From Eledone cirrhosa (taxonomy: Eukaryota), in NCBI GenBank assembly GCA_964016885.1, contig OZ024741.1:386074001-386138000 (forward strand): 64,000 nt of DNA. The letters run 5' to 3'. The position numbers were made by a program, and so were the translations under genes. Position 1 is the stretch's first letter. Each line of letters starts with the position of its first letter. The notes below the pieces were generated by a model. That model saw nothing but the letters and a program-made list of their open reading frames with translations. It was not told the origin of the DNA and ran no database searches. Shown here piece by piece: positions 49,420-62,100 of the stretch.

Positions 49420-50104
49420 ATAGTTGTTGTTTAATAGTTATAGATGTTGTTGTGGTAGTTATAGTTGTTGTTGTAATAGTTATAATTGTTGTAGTAGTTA
49501 TAGTTGTTGTTGTAGTAGTTATCGTTGTTGTTGTAGTAGTTATAGTTGTTGTTGTAGTAGTTATAGTTGTTGTTTAATAGTTATAGTTGTTGTTGTGTTA
49601 GTTATAGTTGTTGTTTAATAGTTATAGTTGTTGTTGTAATAGTTATAGTTGTTGTTGTAGTATATATAGTTGTTGTTGTAGTAGATATAGTTGTTGTTGT
49701 AGTAGTTATAGTTGTTGTTGTAGTAGTTATAGCTGTTGTTGTAGTAATTATAGTTGTTCTTGTGGTAGTTATAGTTGTTGTTGTAGTAGTTATAGTTGTT
49801 GTTGTGGTAGTTATAGTTGTTGTTGTGGTAGTTATAGTTGTTGTTGTAGTAGTTATAGTTGTTGTTGTGGTAGTTATAGTTGTTGTTGTGGTAGTTATAG
49901 TTGTTGTTTAATAGTTATAGTTGTTTGTGTTGCAGTTATAGTTGTTGTTGTAATAGTTATAGTTGTTGTTGTAGTAGTTATAGTTGTTGTTGTGGTAGTT
50001 ATAGTTGTTGTTGTAGTAGTTATAGTTGTTGTTGTGGTAGTTATAGTTGTTGTTGTGGTAGTTATAGTTGTTGTTTAATAGTTATAGTTGCTTGTGTTGT
50101 AGTT
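49420..50104. repeat. Diverged landmark cassette at the domain D/E junction
   Basis: TAA ends fall at 49434, 49577, 49618, 49911 and 50078. The last GTAGTATATATA is at 49659. Rare substitutions cluster here: ATAGATG 49440, ATCGTT 49521, GTAGATATA 49681, GTAATT 49744, GTTCTT ~49756 and GCTTGT ~50090. Confidence 0.85.
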
Positions 50105-53100
50105 ATAGTTGTTGATGTAGTAGTTATAGTTGTTGTTGTGGTAGTTATAGTTGTTGTTGTAGTAGTTATAGTTGTTGTTGTGGTAGTTATAGTTGTTGCA
50201 GTAGTTATAGTTGTTGTTGTAGTTATAGTTGTTGTTGTGGTAGTTATAGTTGTTTTTGCAGTAGTTATAGTTGTTGTTGTGGTAGTTATAGTTGTTGTTG
50301 TAGTAGTTATAGTTGTTGTTGTGTTAGTTATAGTTGTTGTTGTGGTAGTTATAGTTGTTGTTGTATTAGTTATAGTTGTTGTTGTGGTAGTTATAGTTGT
50401 TGTTGTGGTAGTTATAGTTGTTGTTGTGGTAGTTATAGTTGTTGTTGTTGTAGTTATAGTTGTTGTTGTGGTAGTTATAGTTGTTGTTGTAGTAGTTATA
50501 GTTGTTGTTGTAGTAGATATAGTTGTTGTTGTGGTAGTTATAGTTGTTGTTGTAGTAGTTATAGTTGTTGTTGTGGTAGTTATAGTTGTTGTTGCAGTAG
50601 TTATAGTTGTTGTTGTAGTAGTTATAGTTGTTGTTGTAGTAGTTATAGTTGTTGTTGTGGTAGTTATAGTTGTTGTAGTAGTTATAGTTGTTGTTGTAAT
50701 AGTTATAGTTGTTGTTGTGGTAGTTATAGTTGTTGTAGTAGTTATAGTTGTTGTGGTAATAGTTATAGTTGTTGTTGTGGTAGTTATAGTTGTTGTTGTG
50801 TTAGTTATAGTTGTTGTTGTAGTAGTTATAGTTGTTGTTTAATAGTTATAGTTGTTGTTGTAATAGTTATAGTTGTTGTTGTAATAGTTATAGTTGTTGT
50901 TGTAGTAGTTATAGTTGTTGTAGTAGTTATAGTTGTTGTTGTAATAGTTATAGTTGTTGTTGTGGTAGTTATAGTTGTTGTTGTGTTAGTTATTGTTGTT
51001 GTTGCAGTAGTTATAGTTGTTGTTTAATAGTTATAGTTGTTGTTGTAATAGTTATAGTTGTTGTTGTAATAGTTATAGTTGTTGTTGTAGTAGTTATAAT
51101 TGTTGTAGTAGTTATAGTTGTTGTTGTAATAGTTATAGTTGTTGTTGTGGTAGTTATAGTTGTTGTTGTGTTAGTTATAGTTGTTGTTTAATAGTTATAG
51201 TTGTTGTTGTAATAGTTATAGTTGTTGTTGTAGTAGTTATAGTTGTTGTTGTAGTAGTTATAGTTGTTGTTGTGGTAGTTATAGTTGTTGTTGTAGTAGT
51301 TATAGTTGTTGTTGTGGTAGTTATAGTTGTTGTTGTGGTAGTTATAGTTGTTGTTGTAGTAGTTATAGTTGTTGTTGTGGTAGTTATAGTTGTTGTTGTG
51401 GTACTTATAGTTGTTGTTTAATAGTTATAGTTGTTTGTGTTGTAGTTATAGTTGTTGTTGTAATAGTTATAGTTGTTGTTGTAGTAGTTATAGTTGTTGT
51501 TGTGGTAGTTATAGTTGTTGTTGTAGTAGTTATAGTTGTTGTTGTGGTAGTTATAGTTGTTGTTGTGGTAGTTATAGTTGTTCTTTAATAGTTATAGTTG
51601 TTTGTGTTGTAGTTATAGTTGTTGATGTAGTAGTTATAGTTGTTGTTGAAGTAGTTATAGTTGTTGTTGTGGTAGTTATAGTTGTTGTTGTGGTAGTTAT
51701 AGTTGTTGTTATAGTAGTTATAGTTGTTGTTGTGGTAATTATAGTTGTTGCAGTAGTTATAGTTGTTGTTGTAGTTATAGTTGTTGTTGTGGTAGTTATA
51801 GTTGTTGTTGCAGTAGTTATAGTTGTTGTTGTGGTAGTTATAGTTGTTGTTGTAGTAGTTATAGTTGTTGTTGTGGTAGTTATAGTTGTTGTTGTGGTAG
51901 TTATAGTTGTTGTTGTGGTAGTTATAGTTGTTGCAGTAGTTATAGTTGTTGTTGTAGTTATAGTTGTTGTTGTGGTAGTTATAGTTGTTTTTGCAGTAGT
52001 TATAGTTGTTGTTGTGGTAGTTATAGTTGTTGTTGTAGTAGTTATAGTTGTTGTTGTGGTAGTTATAGTTGTTGTTGTGGTAGTTATAGTTGTTGTTGTA
52101 GTAGTTATAGTTGTTGCAGTAGTTATAGTTGTTGTTGTGGTAGTTATAGATGTTGTTGTGGTAGTTATAGTTGTTGTTGTGGTAGTTATAGTTGTTGTTG
52201 TGGTAGTTACAGTTGTTGCAGTAGTTATAGTTGTTGTTGTGGTAGTTATAGTTGTTGTTGTAGTAGTTATAGTTGTTGTTGTGGTAGTTATAGTTGTTGT
52301 TGTAGTAGTTATAGTTGTTGTTGTGTTAGTTATAGTTGTTGTTGTAGTAGTTATAGTTGTTGTTTAATAGTTATAGTTGTTGTTGTAATAGTTATAGTTG
52401 TTGTTGTAATAGTTATAGTTGTTGTTGTAGTAGTTATAGTTGTTGTAGTAGTTATAGTTGTTGTTGTAATAGTTATAGTTGTTGTTGTGGTAGTTATAGT
52501 TGTTGTTGTGTTAGTTATAGTTGTTGTTGCAGTAGTTATAGTTGTTGTTTAATAGTTATAGTTGTTGTTGTAATAGTTATAGTTGTTGTTGTAATAGTTA
52601 TAGTTGTTGTTGTATTAGTTATAATTGTTGTAGTAGTTATAGTTGTTGTTGTAATAGTTATAGTTGTTGTTGTGGTAGTTATAGTTGTTGTTGTGTTAGT
52701 TATAGTTGTTGTTTAATAGTTATAGTTGTTGTTGTAATAGTTATAGTTGTTGTTGTAGTAGTTATAGTTGTTGTTGTAGTAGTTATAGTTGTTGTTGTGG
52801 TAGTTATAGTTGTTGTTGTAGTAGTTATAGTTGTTGTTGTGGTAGTTATAGTTGTTGTTGTGGTAGTTATAGTTGTTGTTGTAGTAGTTATAGTTGTTGT
52901 TGTGGTAGTTATAGTTGTTGTTGTTTAATAGTTATAGTTGTTTGTGTTGTAGTTATAGTTGTTGTTGTAATAGTTATAGTTGTTGTTGTAGTAGTTATAG
53001 TTGTTGTTGTGGTAGTTATAGTTGTTGTTGTAGTAGTTATAGATGTTGTTGTGGTAGTTATAGTTGTTGTTGTGGTAGTTATAGTTGTTGTTTAATAGTT

Positions 53101-56100
53101 ATAGTTGTTTGTGTTGTAGTTATAGTTGTTGATGTAGTAGTTATAGTTGTTGTTGTAGTAGTTATAGTTGTTGTTGTGGTAGTTATAGTTGTTGTAGTAG
53201 TTATAGTTGTTGTTGTAATAGTTATAGTTGTTGTTGTGGTAGTTATAGTTGTTGTAGTAGTTATAGTTGTTGTTGTAATAGTTATAGTTGTTGTTGTGGT
53301 AGTTATAGTTGTTGTTGTGTTAGTTATAGTTGTTGTTGTAGTAGTTATAGTTGTTGTTTAATAGTTATAGTTGTTGTTGTAATAGTTATAGTTGTTGTTG
53401 TAATAGTTATAGTTGTTGTTGTAGTAGTTATAGTTGTTGTAGTAGTTATAGTTGTTGTTGTAATAGTTATAGTTGTTGTTGTGGTAGTTATAGTTGTTGT
53501 TGTGTTAGTTATAGTTGTTGTTGCAGTAGTTATAGTTGTTGTTTAATAGTTATAGTTGTTGTTGTAATAGTTATAGTTGTTGTTGTAATAGTTATGGTTG
53601 TTGTTGTAGTAGTTATAATTGTTGTAGTAGTTATAGTTGTTGTTGTAATAGTTATAGTTGTTGTTGTGGTAGTTATAGTTGTTGTTGTGTTAGTTATAGT
53701 TGTTGTTTAATAGTTATAGTTGTTGTTGTAATAGTTATAGTTGTTGTTGTAGTAGTTATAGTTGTTGTTGTAGTAGTTATAGTTGTTGTTGTGGTAGTTA
53801 TAGTTGTTGTTGTAGTAGTTATAGTTGTTGTTGTGGTAGTTATAGTTGTTGTTGTGGTAGTTATAGTTGTTGTTGTAGTAGTTATAGTTGTTGTTGTGGT
53901 AGTTATATTTGTTGTTGTGGTACTTATAGTTGTTGTTTAATAATTAGAGTTGTTTGTGTTGTAGTTATAGTTGTTGTTGTAATAGTTATAGTTGTTGTTG
54001 TAGTAGTTATAGTTGTTGTTGTGGTAGTTATAGTTGTTGTTGTAGTAGTTATAGTTGTTGTTGTGGTAGTTATAGTTGTTGTTGTGGTAGTTATAGTTGT
54101 TGTTTAATAGTTATAGTTGTTTGTGTTGTAGTTATAGTTGTTGATGTAGTAGTTATAGTTGTTGTTGTAGTAGTTATAGTTGTTGTTGTGGTAGTTATAG
54201 TTGTTGTTGTGGGAGTTATATTTGTTGTTATAGTAGTTATAGTTGTTGTTGTGGTAGTTATAGTTGTTGCAGTAGTTATAGTTGTTGTTGTAGTTATAGT
54301 TGTTGTTGTGGTAGTTATAGTTGTTGTTGCAGTAGTTATAGTTGTTGTTGTGGTAGTTATAGTTGTTGTTGTAGTAGTTATAGTTGTTGTTGTGGTAGTT
54401 ATAGTTGTTGTTGTGGTAGTTATAGTTGTTGTTGTGGTAGTTATAGTTGTTGCAGTAGTTATAGTTGTTGTTGTAGTTATAGTTGTTGTTGTGGTAGTTA
54501 TAGTTGTTTTTGCAGTAGTTATAGTTGTTGTTGTGGTAGTTATAGTTGTTGTTGTAGTAGTTATAGTTGTTGTTGTGGTAATTATAGTTGTTGTTGTGGT
54601 AGTTATAGTTGTTGTTGTAGTAGTTATAGTTGTTGCAGTAGTTATAGTTGTTGTTGTGGTAGTTATAGATGTTGTTGTGGTAGTTATAGTTGTTGTTGTG
54701 GTAGTTATAGTTGTTGTTGTGGTAGTTACAGTTGTTGCAGTAGTTATAGTTGTTGTTGTGGTAGTTATAGTTGTTGTTGTAGTAGTTATAGTTGTTGTTG
54801 TGGTAGTTATAGTTGTTGTTGTAGTAGTTATAGTTGTTGTTGTGGTAGTTATAGTTGTTGTTGTGGTAGTTATAGTTGTTGTTGTATTAGTTATAGTTGT
54901 TGTTGTGGTAGTTATATTTGTTGTTGTGGTAGTTATAGTTGTTGTTGTAGTAGTTATAGTTGTTGTTGTGGTAGTTATAATTGTTGTTGTGGTAGTTATA
55001 GTTGTTGTTGTGGTAGTTATAGTTGTTGTTGTAGTAGTTATAGTTGTTGTTGTGGTAGTTATAGTTGTTGTTGTGGTAGTTATAGTTGCTGTTGTGGTAG
55101 TTTTAGTTGTTGATGTGGTAGTTATAGTTGTTGTTGTAGTAGTTATAGTTGTTGTTGTGGTAGTTATAGTTGTTGTTGTGGTAGTTATAGTTGCTGTTGT
55201 GGTAGTTATATTTGTTGTTGTGGTAGTTATAGTTGTTGTTGTAGTAGTTATAGTTGTTGTTGTGGTAGTTATAGTTGTTGTTGTAGTAGTTATAGTTGTT
55301 GTTGTGGTAGTTATAGTTGTTGTTGTAGTAGTTATAGTTGTTGTTGTGGTAGTTATAGTTGTTGTGGTAGTTATAGTTGCTGTTGTGGTAGTTTTAGTTG
55401 TTGTTGTGGTAGTTATAGTTGTTGTTGTAGTAGTTATAGTTGTTGTTGTGGTAGTTATAGTTGTTGTTGTGGTAGTTATAGTTGTTGTTGTGGTAGTTAT
55501 AGTTGTTGTTGTGGTAGTTATAGTTGTTGTTGTGGTAGTTATAGTTGTTTTTGTGGTAGTTATAGTTGTTGTTGTGGTAGTTATAGTTGTTGTTGCGGTA
55601 GTTATAGTTGTTGTTGTAGTAGTGATAGTTGTTGTTGTAGTAGTTATAGTTGTTGTTGTGGTAGTTATAGTTGTTGTTGTGGTAGTTATAGTTGTTGTTG
55701 TAGTAGTTATAGTTGTTGTTGTAGTAGTTATAGTTGTTGTTGTGGTAGTTATAGTTGTTGTTGTGGTAGTTATAGTTGTTGTTGTGGTAGTTATAGTTTT
55801 TGTTGTGGTAGTTATAGTTGTTGTTGCAGTAGTTATAGTTGTTGTTGTAGTAGTTATAGTTGTAGTTGCAGTAGTTATAATTGTTGTTGTGGTAGTTATA
55901 GTTGTTGTTGTAGTAGTTATAGTTGTTGTTGTGGTAGTTATAGTTGTTGTTGTATTAGTTATAGTTGTTGTTGTGGTAGTTATAGTTGTTGTTGTGGTAG
56001 TTATAGTTGTTGTTGTGGTAGTTATAGTTGTTGTAGTTATAGTTGTTGTTGTGGTAGTTATAGTTGTTGTTGTAGTAGTTATAGTTGTTGTTGTAGTAGT

Positions 56101-59100
56101 TATAGTTGTTGTTGTGGTAGTTATAGTTGTTGTTGTAGTAGTTATAGTTGTTGTTGTGGTAGTTATAGTTGTTGTTGCAGTAGTTATAGTTGTTGTTGTA
56201 GTAGTTATAGTTGTTGTTGTAGTAGTTATAGTTGTTGTTGTGGTAGTTATAGTTGTTGTAGTAGTTATAGTTGTTGTTGTAATAGTTATAGTTGTTGTTG
56301 TGGTAGTTATAGTTGTTGTAGTAGTTATAGTTGTTGTTGTAATAGTTATAGTTGTTGTTGTGGTAGTTATAGTTGTTGTTGTGTTAGTTATAGTTGTTGT
56401 TGCAGTAGTTATAGTTGTTGTTTAATAGTTATAGTTGTTGTTGTAATAGTTATAGTTGTTGTTGTAATAGTTATAGTTGTTGTTGTAGTAGTTATAATTG
56501 TTGTAGTAGTTATAGTTGTTGTTGTAATAGTTATAGTTGTTGTTGTGGTAGTTATAGTTGTTGTTGTGTTTGTTATAGTTGTTGTTTAATAGTTATAGTT
56601 GTTGTTGTAATAGTTATAGTTGTTTTTGTGGTAGTTATAGTTGTTGTTGTGGTAGTTATAGTTGTTGCAGTAGTTATAGTTGTTGTTGTAGTTATAGTTG
56701 TTGTTGTGGTAGTTATAGTTGTTTTTGCAGTAGTTATAGTTGTTGTTGTGGTAGTTATAGTTGTTGTTGTAGTAGTTATAGTTGTTGTTGTGGTAATTAT
56801 AGTTGTTGTTGTGGTAGTTATAGTTGTTGTTGTAGTAGTTATAGTTGTTGCAGTAGTTATAGTTGTTGTTGTGGTAGTTATAGATGTTGTTGTGGTAGTT
56901 ATAGTTGTTGTTGTGGTAGTTATAGTTGTTGTTGTGGTAGTTACAGTTGTTGCAGTAGTTATAGTTGTTGTTGTGGTAGTTATAGTTGTTGTTGTAGTAG
57001 TTATAGTTGTTGTTGTGGTAGTTATAGTTGTTGTTGTAGTAGTTATAGTTGTTGTTGTGGTAGTTATAGTTGTTGTTGTGGTAGTTATAGTTGTTGTTGT
57101 ATTAGTTATAGTTGTTGTTGTGGTAGTTATATTTGTTGTTGTGGTAGTTATAGTTGTTGTTGTAGTAGTTATAGTTGTTGTTGTGGTAGTTATAATTGTT
57201 GTTGTGGTAGTTATAGTTGTTGTTGTGGTAGTTATAGTTGTTGTTGTAGTAGTTATAGTTGTTGTTGTGGTAGTTATAGTTGTTGTTGTGGTAGTTATAG
57301 TTGCTGTTGTGGTAGTTTTAGTTGTTGATGTGGTAGTTATAGTTGTTGTTGTAGTAGTTATAGTTGTTGTTGTGGTAGTTATAGTTGTTGTTGTGGTAGT
57401 TATAGTTGCTGTTGTGGTAGTTATATTTGTTGTTGTGGTAGTTATAGTTGTTGTTGTAGTAGTTATAGTTGTTGTTGTGGTAGTTATAGTTGTTGTTGTA
57501 GTAGTTATAGTTGTTGTTGTGGTAGTTATAGTTGTTGTTGTAGTAGTTATAGTTGTTGTTGTGGTAGTTATAGTTGTTGTGGTAGTTATAGTTGCTGTTG
57601 TGGTAGTTTTAGTTGTTGTTGTGGTAGTTATAGTTGTTGTTGTAGTAGTTATAGTTGTTGTTGTGGTAGTTATAGTTGTTGTTGTGGTAGTTATAGTTGT
57701 TGTTGTGGTAGTTATAGTTGTTGTTGTGGTAGTTATAGTTGTTGTTGTGGTAGTTATAGTTGTTTTTGTGGTAGTTATAGTTGTTGTTGTGGTAGTTATA
57801 GTTGTTGTTGCGGTAGTTATAGTTGTTGTTGTAGTAGTGATAGTTGTTGTTGTAGTAGTTATAGTTGTTGTTGTGGTAGTTATAGTTGTTGTTGTGGTAG
57901 TTATAGTTGTTGTTGTAGTAGTTATAGTTGTTGTTGTAGTAGTTATAGTTGTTGTTGTGGTAGTTATAGTTGTTGTTGTGGTAGTTATAGTTGTTGTTGT
58001 GGTAGTTATAGTTTTTGTTGTGGTAGTTATAGTTGTTGTTGCAGTAGTTATAGTTGTTGTTGTAGTAGTTATAGTTGTAGTTGTAGTAGTTATAATTGTT
58101 GTTGTGGTAGTTATAGTTGTTGTTGTAGTAGTTATAGTTGTTGTTGTGGTCGTTATAGTTGTTGTTGTATTAGTTATAGTTGTTGTTGTGGTAGTTATAG
58201 TTGTTGTTGTGGTAGTTATAGTTGTTGTTGTGGTAGTTATAGTTGTTGTAGTTATAGTTGTTGTTGTGGTAGTTATAGTTGTTGTTGTAGTAGTTATAGT
58301 TGTTGTTGTGGTAGTTATAGTTGTTGTTGTAGTAGTTATAGTTGTTGTTGTGGTAGTTATAGTTGTTGTTGCAGTAGTTATAGTTGTTGTTGTAGTAGTT
58401 ATAGTTGTTGTTGTAGTAGTTATAGTTGTTGTTGTGGTAGTTATAGTTGTTGTAGTAGTTATAGTTGTTGTTGTAATAGTTATAGTTGTTGTTGTGGTAG
58501 TTATAGTTGTTGTAGTAGTTATAGTTGTTGTTGTAATAGTTATAGTTGTTGTTGTGGTAGTTATAGTTGTTGTTGTGTTAGTTATAGTTGTTGTTGCAGT
58601 AGTTATAGTTGTTGTTTAATAGTTATAGTTGTTGTTGTAATAGTTATAGTTGTTGTTGTAATAGTTATAGTTGTTGTTGTAGTAGTTATAATTGTTGTAG
58701 TAGTTATAGTTGTTGTTGTAATAGTTATAGTTGTTGTTGTGGTAGTTATAGTTGTTGTTGTGTTAGTTATAGTTGTTGTTTAATAGTTATAGTTGTTGTT
58801 GTAATAGTTATAGTTGTTGTTGTAGTAGTTATAGTTGTTGTTGTAGTAGTTATAGTTGTTGTTGTGGTAGTTATAGTTGTTGTTGTAGTAGTTATAGTTG
58901 TTGTTGTGGTAGTTATAGTTGTTGTTGTGGTAGTTATAGTTGTTGTTGTAGTAGTTATAGTTGTTGTTGTAGTAGTTATAGTTGTTGTTTAATAGTTATA
59001 GTTGTTGTTGTAATAGTTATAGTTGTTGTTGTAATAGTTATAGTTGTTGTTGTAGTAGTTATAGTTGTTGTAGTAGTTATAGTTGTTGTTGTAATAGTTA

Positions 59101-62100
59101 TAGTTGTTGTTGTGGTAGTTATAGTTGTTGTTGTGTTAGTTATAGTTGTTGTTGCAGTAGTTATAGTTGTTGTTTAATAGTTATAGTTGTTGTTGTAATA
59201 GTTATAGTTGTTGTTGTAATAGTTATAGTTGTTGTTGTAGTAGTTATAATTGTTGTAGTAGTTATAGTTGTTGTTGTAATAGTTATAGTTGTTGTTGTGG
59301 TAGTTATAGTTGTTGTTGTGTTAGTTATAGTTGTTGTTTAATAGTTATAGTTGTTGTTGTAATAGTTATAGTTGTTGTTGTAGTAGTTATAGTTGTTGTT
59401 GTAGTAGTTATAGTTGTTGTTGTGGTAGTTATAGTTGTTGTTGTAGTAGTTATAGTTGTTGTTGTGGTAGTTATAGTTGTTGTTGTGGTAGTTATAGTTG
59501 TTGTTGTAGTAGTTATAGTTGTTGTTGTGGTAGTTATAGTTGTTGTTGTGGTACTTATAGTTGTTGTTTAATAGTTATAGTTGTTTGTGTTGTAGTTATA
59601 GTTGTTGTTGTAATAGTTATAGTTGTTGTTGTAGTAGTTATAGTTGTTGTTGTGGTAGTTATAGTTGTTGTTGTAGTAGTTATAGTTGTTGTTGTGGTAG
59701 TTATAGTTGTATTGTGGTAGTTATAGTTGTTGTTTAATAGTTATAGTTGTTTGTGTTGTAGTTATAGTTGTTGATGTAGTAGTTATAGTTGTTGTTGTAG
59801 TAGTTATAGTTGTTGTTGTGGTAGTTATAGTTGTTGTTGTGGTAGTTATAGTTGTTGTTATAGTAGTTATAGTTGTTGTTGTGGTAGTTATAGTTGTTGC
59901 AGTAGTTATAGTTGTTGTTGTAGTTATAGTTGTTGTTGTGGTAGTTATAGTTGTTGTTGCAGTAGTTATAGTTGTTGTTGTGGTAGTTATAGTTGTTGTT
60001 GTAGTAGTTATAGTTGTTGTTGTGGTAGTTATAGTTGTTGTTGTGGTAGTTATAGTTGTTGTTGTGGTAGTTATAGTTGTTGCAGTAGTTATAGTTGTTG
60101 TTGTAGTTATAGTCGTTGTTGTGGTAGTTATAGTTGTTTTTGCAGTAGTTATAGTTGTTGTTGTGGTAGTTATAGTTGTTGTTGTAGTAGTTATAGTTGT
60201 TGTTGTGGTAGTTATAGTTGTTGTTGTGGTAGTTATAGTTGTTGTTGTAGTAGTTATAGTTGTTGCAGTAGTTATAGTTGTTGTTGTGGTAGTTATAGAT
60301 GTTGTTGTGGTAGTTATAGTTGTTGTTGTGGTAGTTATAGTTGTTGTTGTGGTAGTTACAGTTGTTGCAGTAGTTATAGTTGTTGTTGTGGTAGTTATAG
60401 TTGTTGTTGTAGTAGTTATAGTTGTTGTTGTGGTAGTTATAGTTGTTGTTGTAGTAGTTATAGTTGTTGTTGTGGTAGTTATAGTTGTTGTTGTGGTAGT
60501 TATAGTTGTTGTTGTATTAGTTATAGTTGTTGTTGTGGTAGTTATATTTGTTGTTGTGGTAGTTATAGTTGTTGTTGTAGTAGTTATAGTTGTTGTTGTG
60601 GTAGTTGTAATTGTTGTTGTGGTAGTTATAGTTGTTGTTGTGGTAGTTATAGTTGTTGTTGTAGTAGTTATAGTTGTTGTTGTGGTAGTTATAGTTGTTG
60701 TTGTGGTAGTTATAGTTGCTGTTGTGGTAGTTTTAGTTGTTGTTGTGGTAGTTATAGTTGTTGTTGTAGTAGTTATAGTTGTTGTTGTGGTCGTTATAGT
60801 TGTTGTTGTGGTAGTTATAATTGTTGTTGTAGTAGTTATAGTTGTTGTTGTGGTAGTTATAGTTGTTGTTGTAGTAGTTATAGTTGTTGTTGTGGTAGTT
60901 ATAGTTGTTGTGGTAGTTATAGTTGCTGTTGTGGTAGTTTTAGTTGTTGTTGTGGTAGTTATAGTTGTTGTTGTAGTAGTTATAGTTGTTGTTGTGGTAG
61001 TTATAGTTATTGTTGTGGTAGTTATAGTTGTTGTTGTGGTAGTTATAGTTGTTGTTGTGGTAGTTATAGTTGTTGTTGTGGTAGTTATAGTTGTTGTTGT
61101 GGTAGTTATAGTTGTTGTTGTGGTAGTTATAGTTGTTGTTGCGGTAGTTATAGTTGTTGTTGTAGTAGTGATAGTTGTTGTTGTAGTAGTTATAGTTGTT
61201 GTTGTGGTAGTTATAGTTGTTGTTGTGGTAGTTATAGTTGTTGTTGTAGTAGTTATAGTTGTTGTTGTAGTAGTTATAGTTGTTGTTGTGGTAGTTATAG
61301 TTGTTGTTGTGGTAGTTATAGTTGTTGTTGTGGTAGTTATTGTTTTTGTTGTGGTAGTTATAGTTGTTGTTGCAGTAGTTATAGTTGTTGTTGTAGTAGT
61401 TATAGTTGTAGTTGTAGTAGTTATAATTGTTGTTGTGGTAGTTATAGTTGTTGTTGTAGTAGTTATAGTTGTTGTTGTGGTAGTTATAGTTGTTGTTGTA
61501 TTAGTTATAGTTGTTGTTGTGGTAGTTATAGTTGTTGTTGTGGTAGTTATAGTTGTTGTTGTGGTAGTTATAGTTGTTGTTGTTGTAGTTATAGTTGTTG
61601 TTGTGGTAGTTATAGTTGTTGTTGTAGTAGTTATAGTTGTTGTTGTAGTAGTTATAGTTGTTGTTGTGGTAGTTATAGTTGTTGTTGTAGTAGTTATAGT
61701 TGTTGTTGTGGTAGTTATAGTTGTTGTTGCAGTAGTTATAGTTGTTGTTGTAGTAGTTATAGTTGTTGTTGTAGTAGTTATAGTTGTTGTTGTGGTAGTT
61801 ATAGTTGTTGTAGTAGTTATAGTTGTTGTTGTAATAGTTATAGTTGTTGTTGTGGTAGTTATAGTTGTTGTAGTAGTTATAGTTGTTGTTGTAATAGTTA
61901 TAGTTGTTGTTGTGGTAGTTATAGTTGTTGTTGTGTTAGTTATAGTTGTTGTTGTAGTAGTTATAGTTGTTGTTTAATAGTTATAGTTGTTGTTGTAATA
62001 GTTATAGTTGTTGTTGTAATAGTTATAGTTGTTGTTGTAGTAGTTATAGTTGTTGTAGTAGTTATAGTTGTTGTTGTAATAGTTATAGTTGTTGTTGTGG

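Noticed and set aside
41113-49434. Giant poly-Val/Ile ORFs on the + strand (up to 2773 aa)
   Set aside because: They are simply the GTN triplet register of the satellite. They use TTG/GTG starts inside the repeat, have no unique domains, and end at amplified frameshifting monomers. Thousands of consecutive Val/Ile residues are not a plausible protein.
7309-50104. CRISPR-like layout of conserved repeats with variable spacers
   Set aside because: The repeats are ~430 bp and the spacers are kilobases of the same satellite rather than unique 25-45 bp sequences. There are no cas genes or leader.
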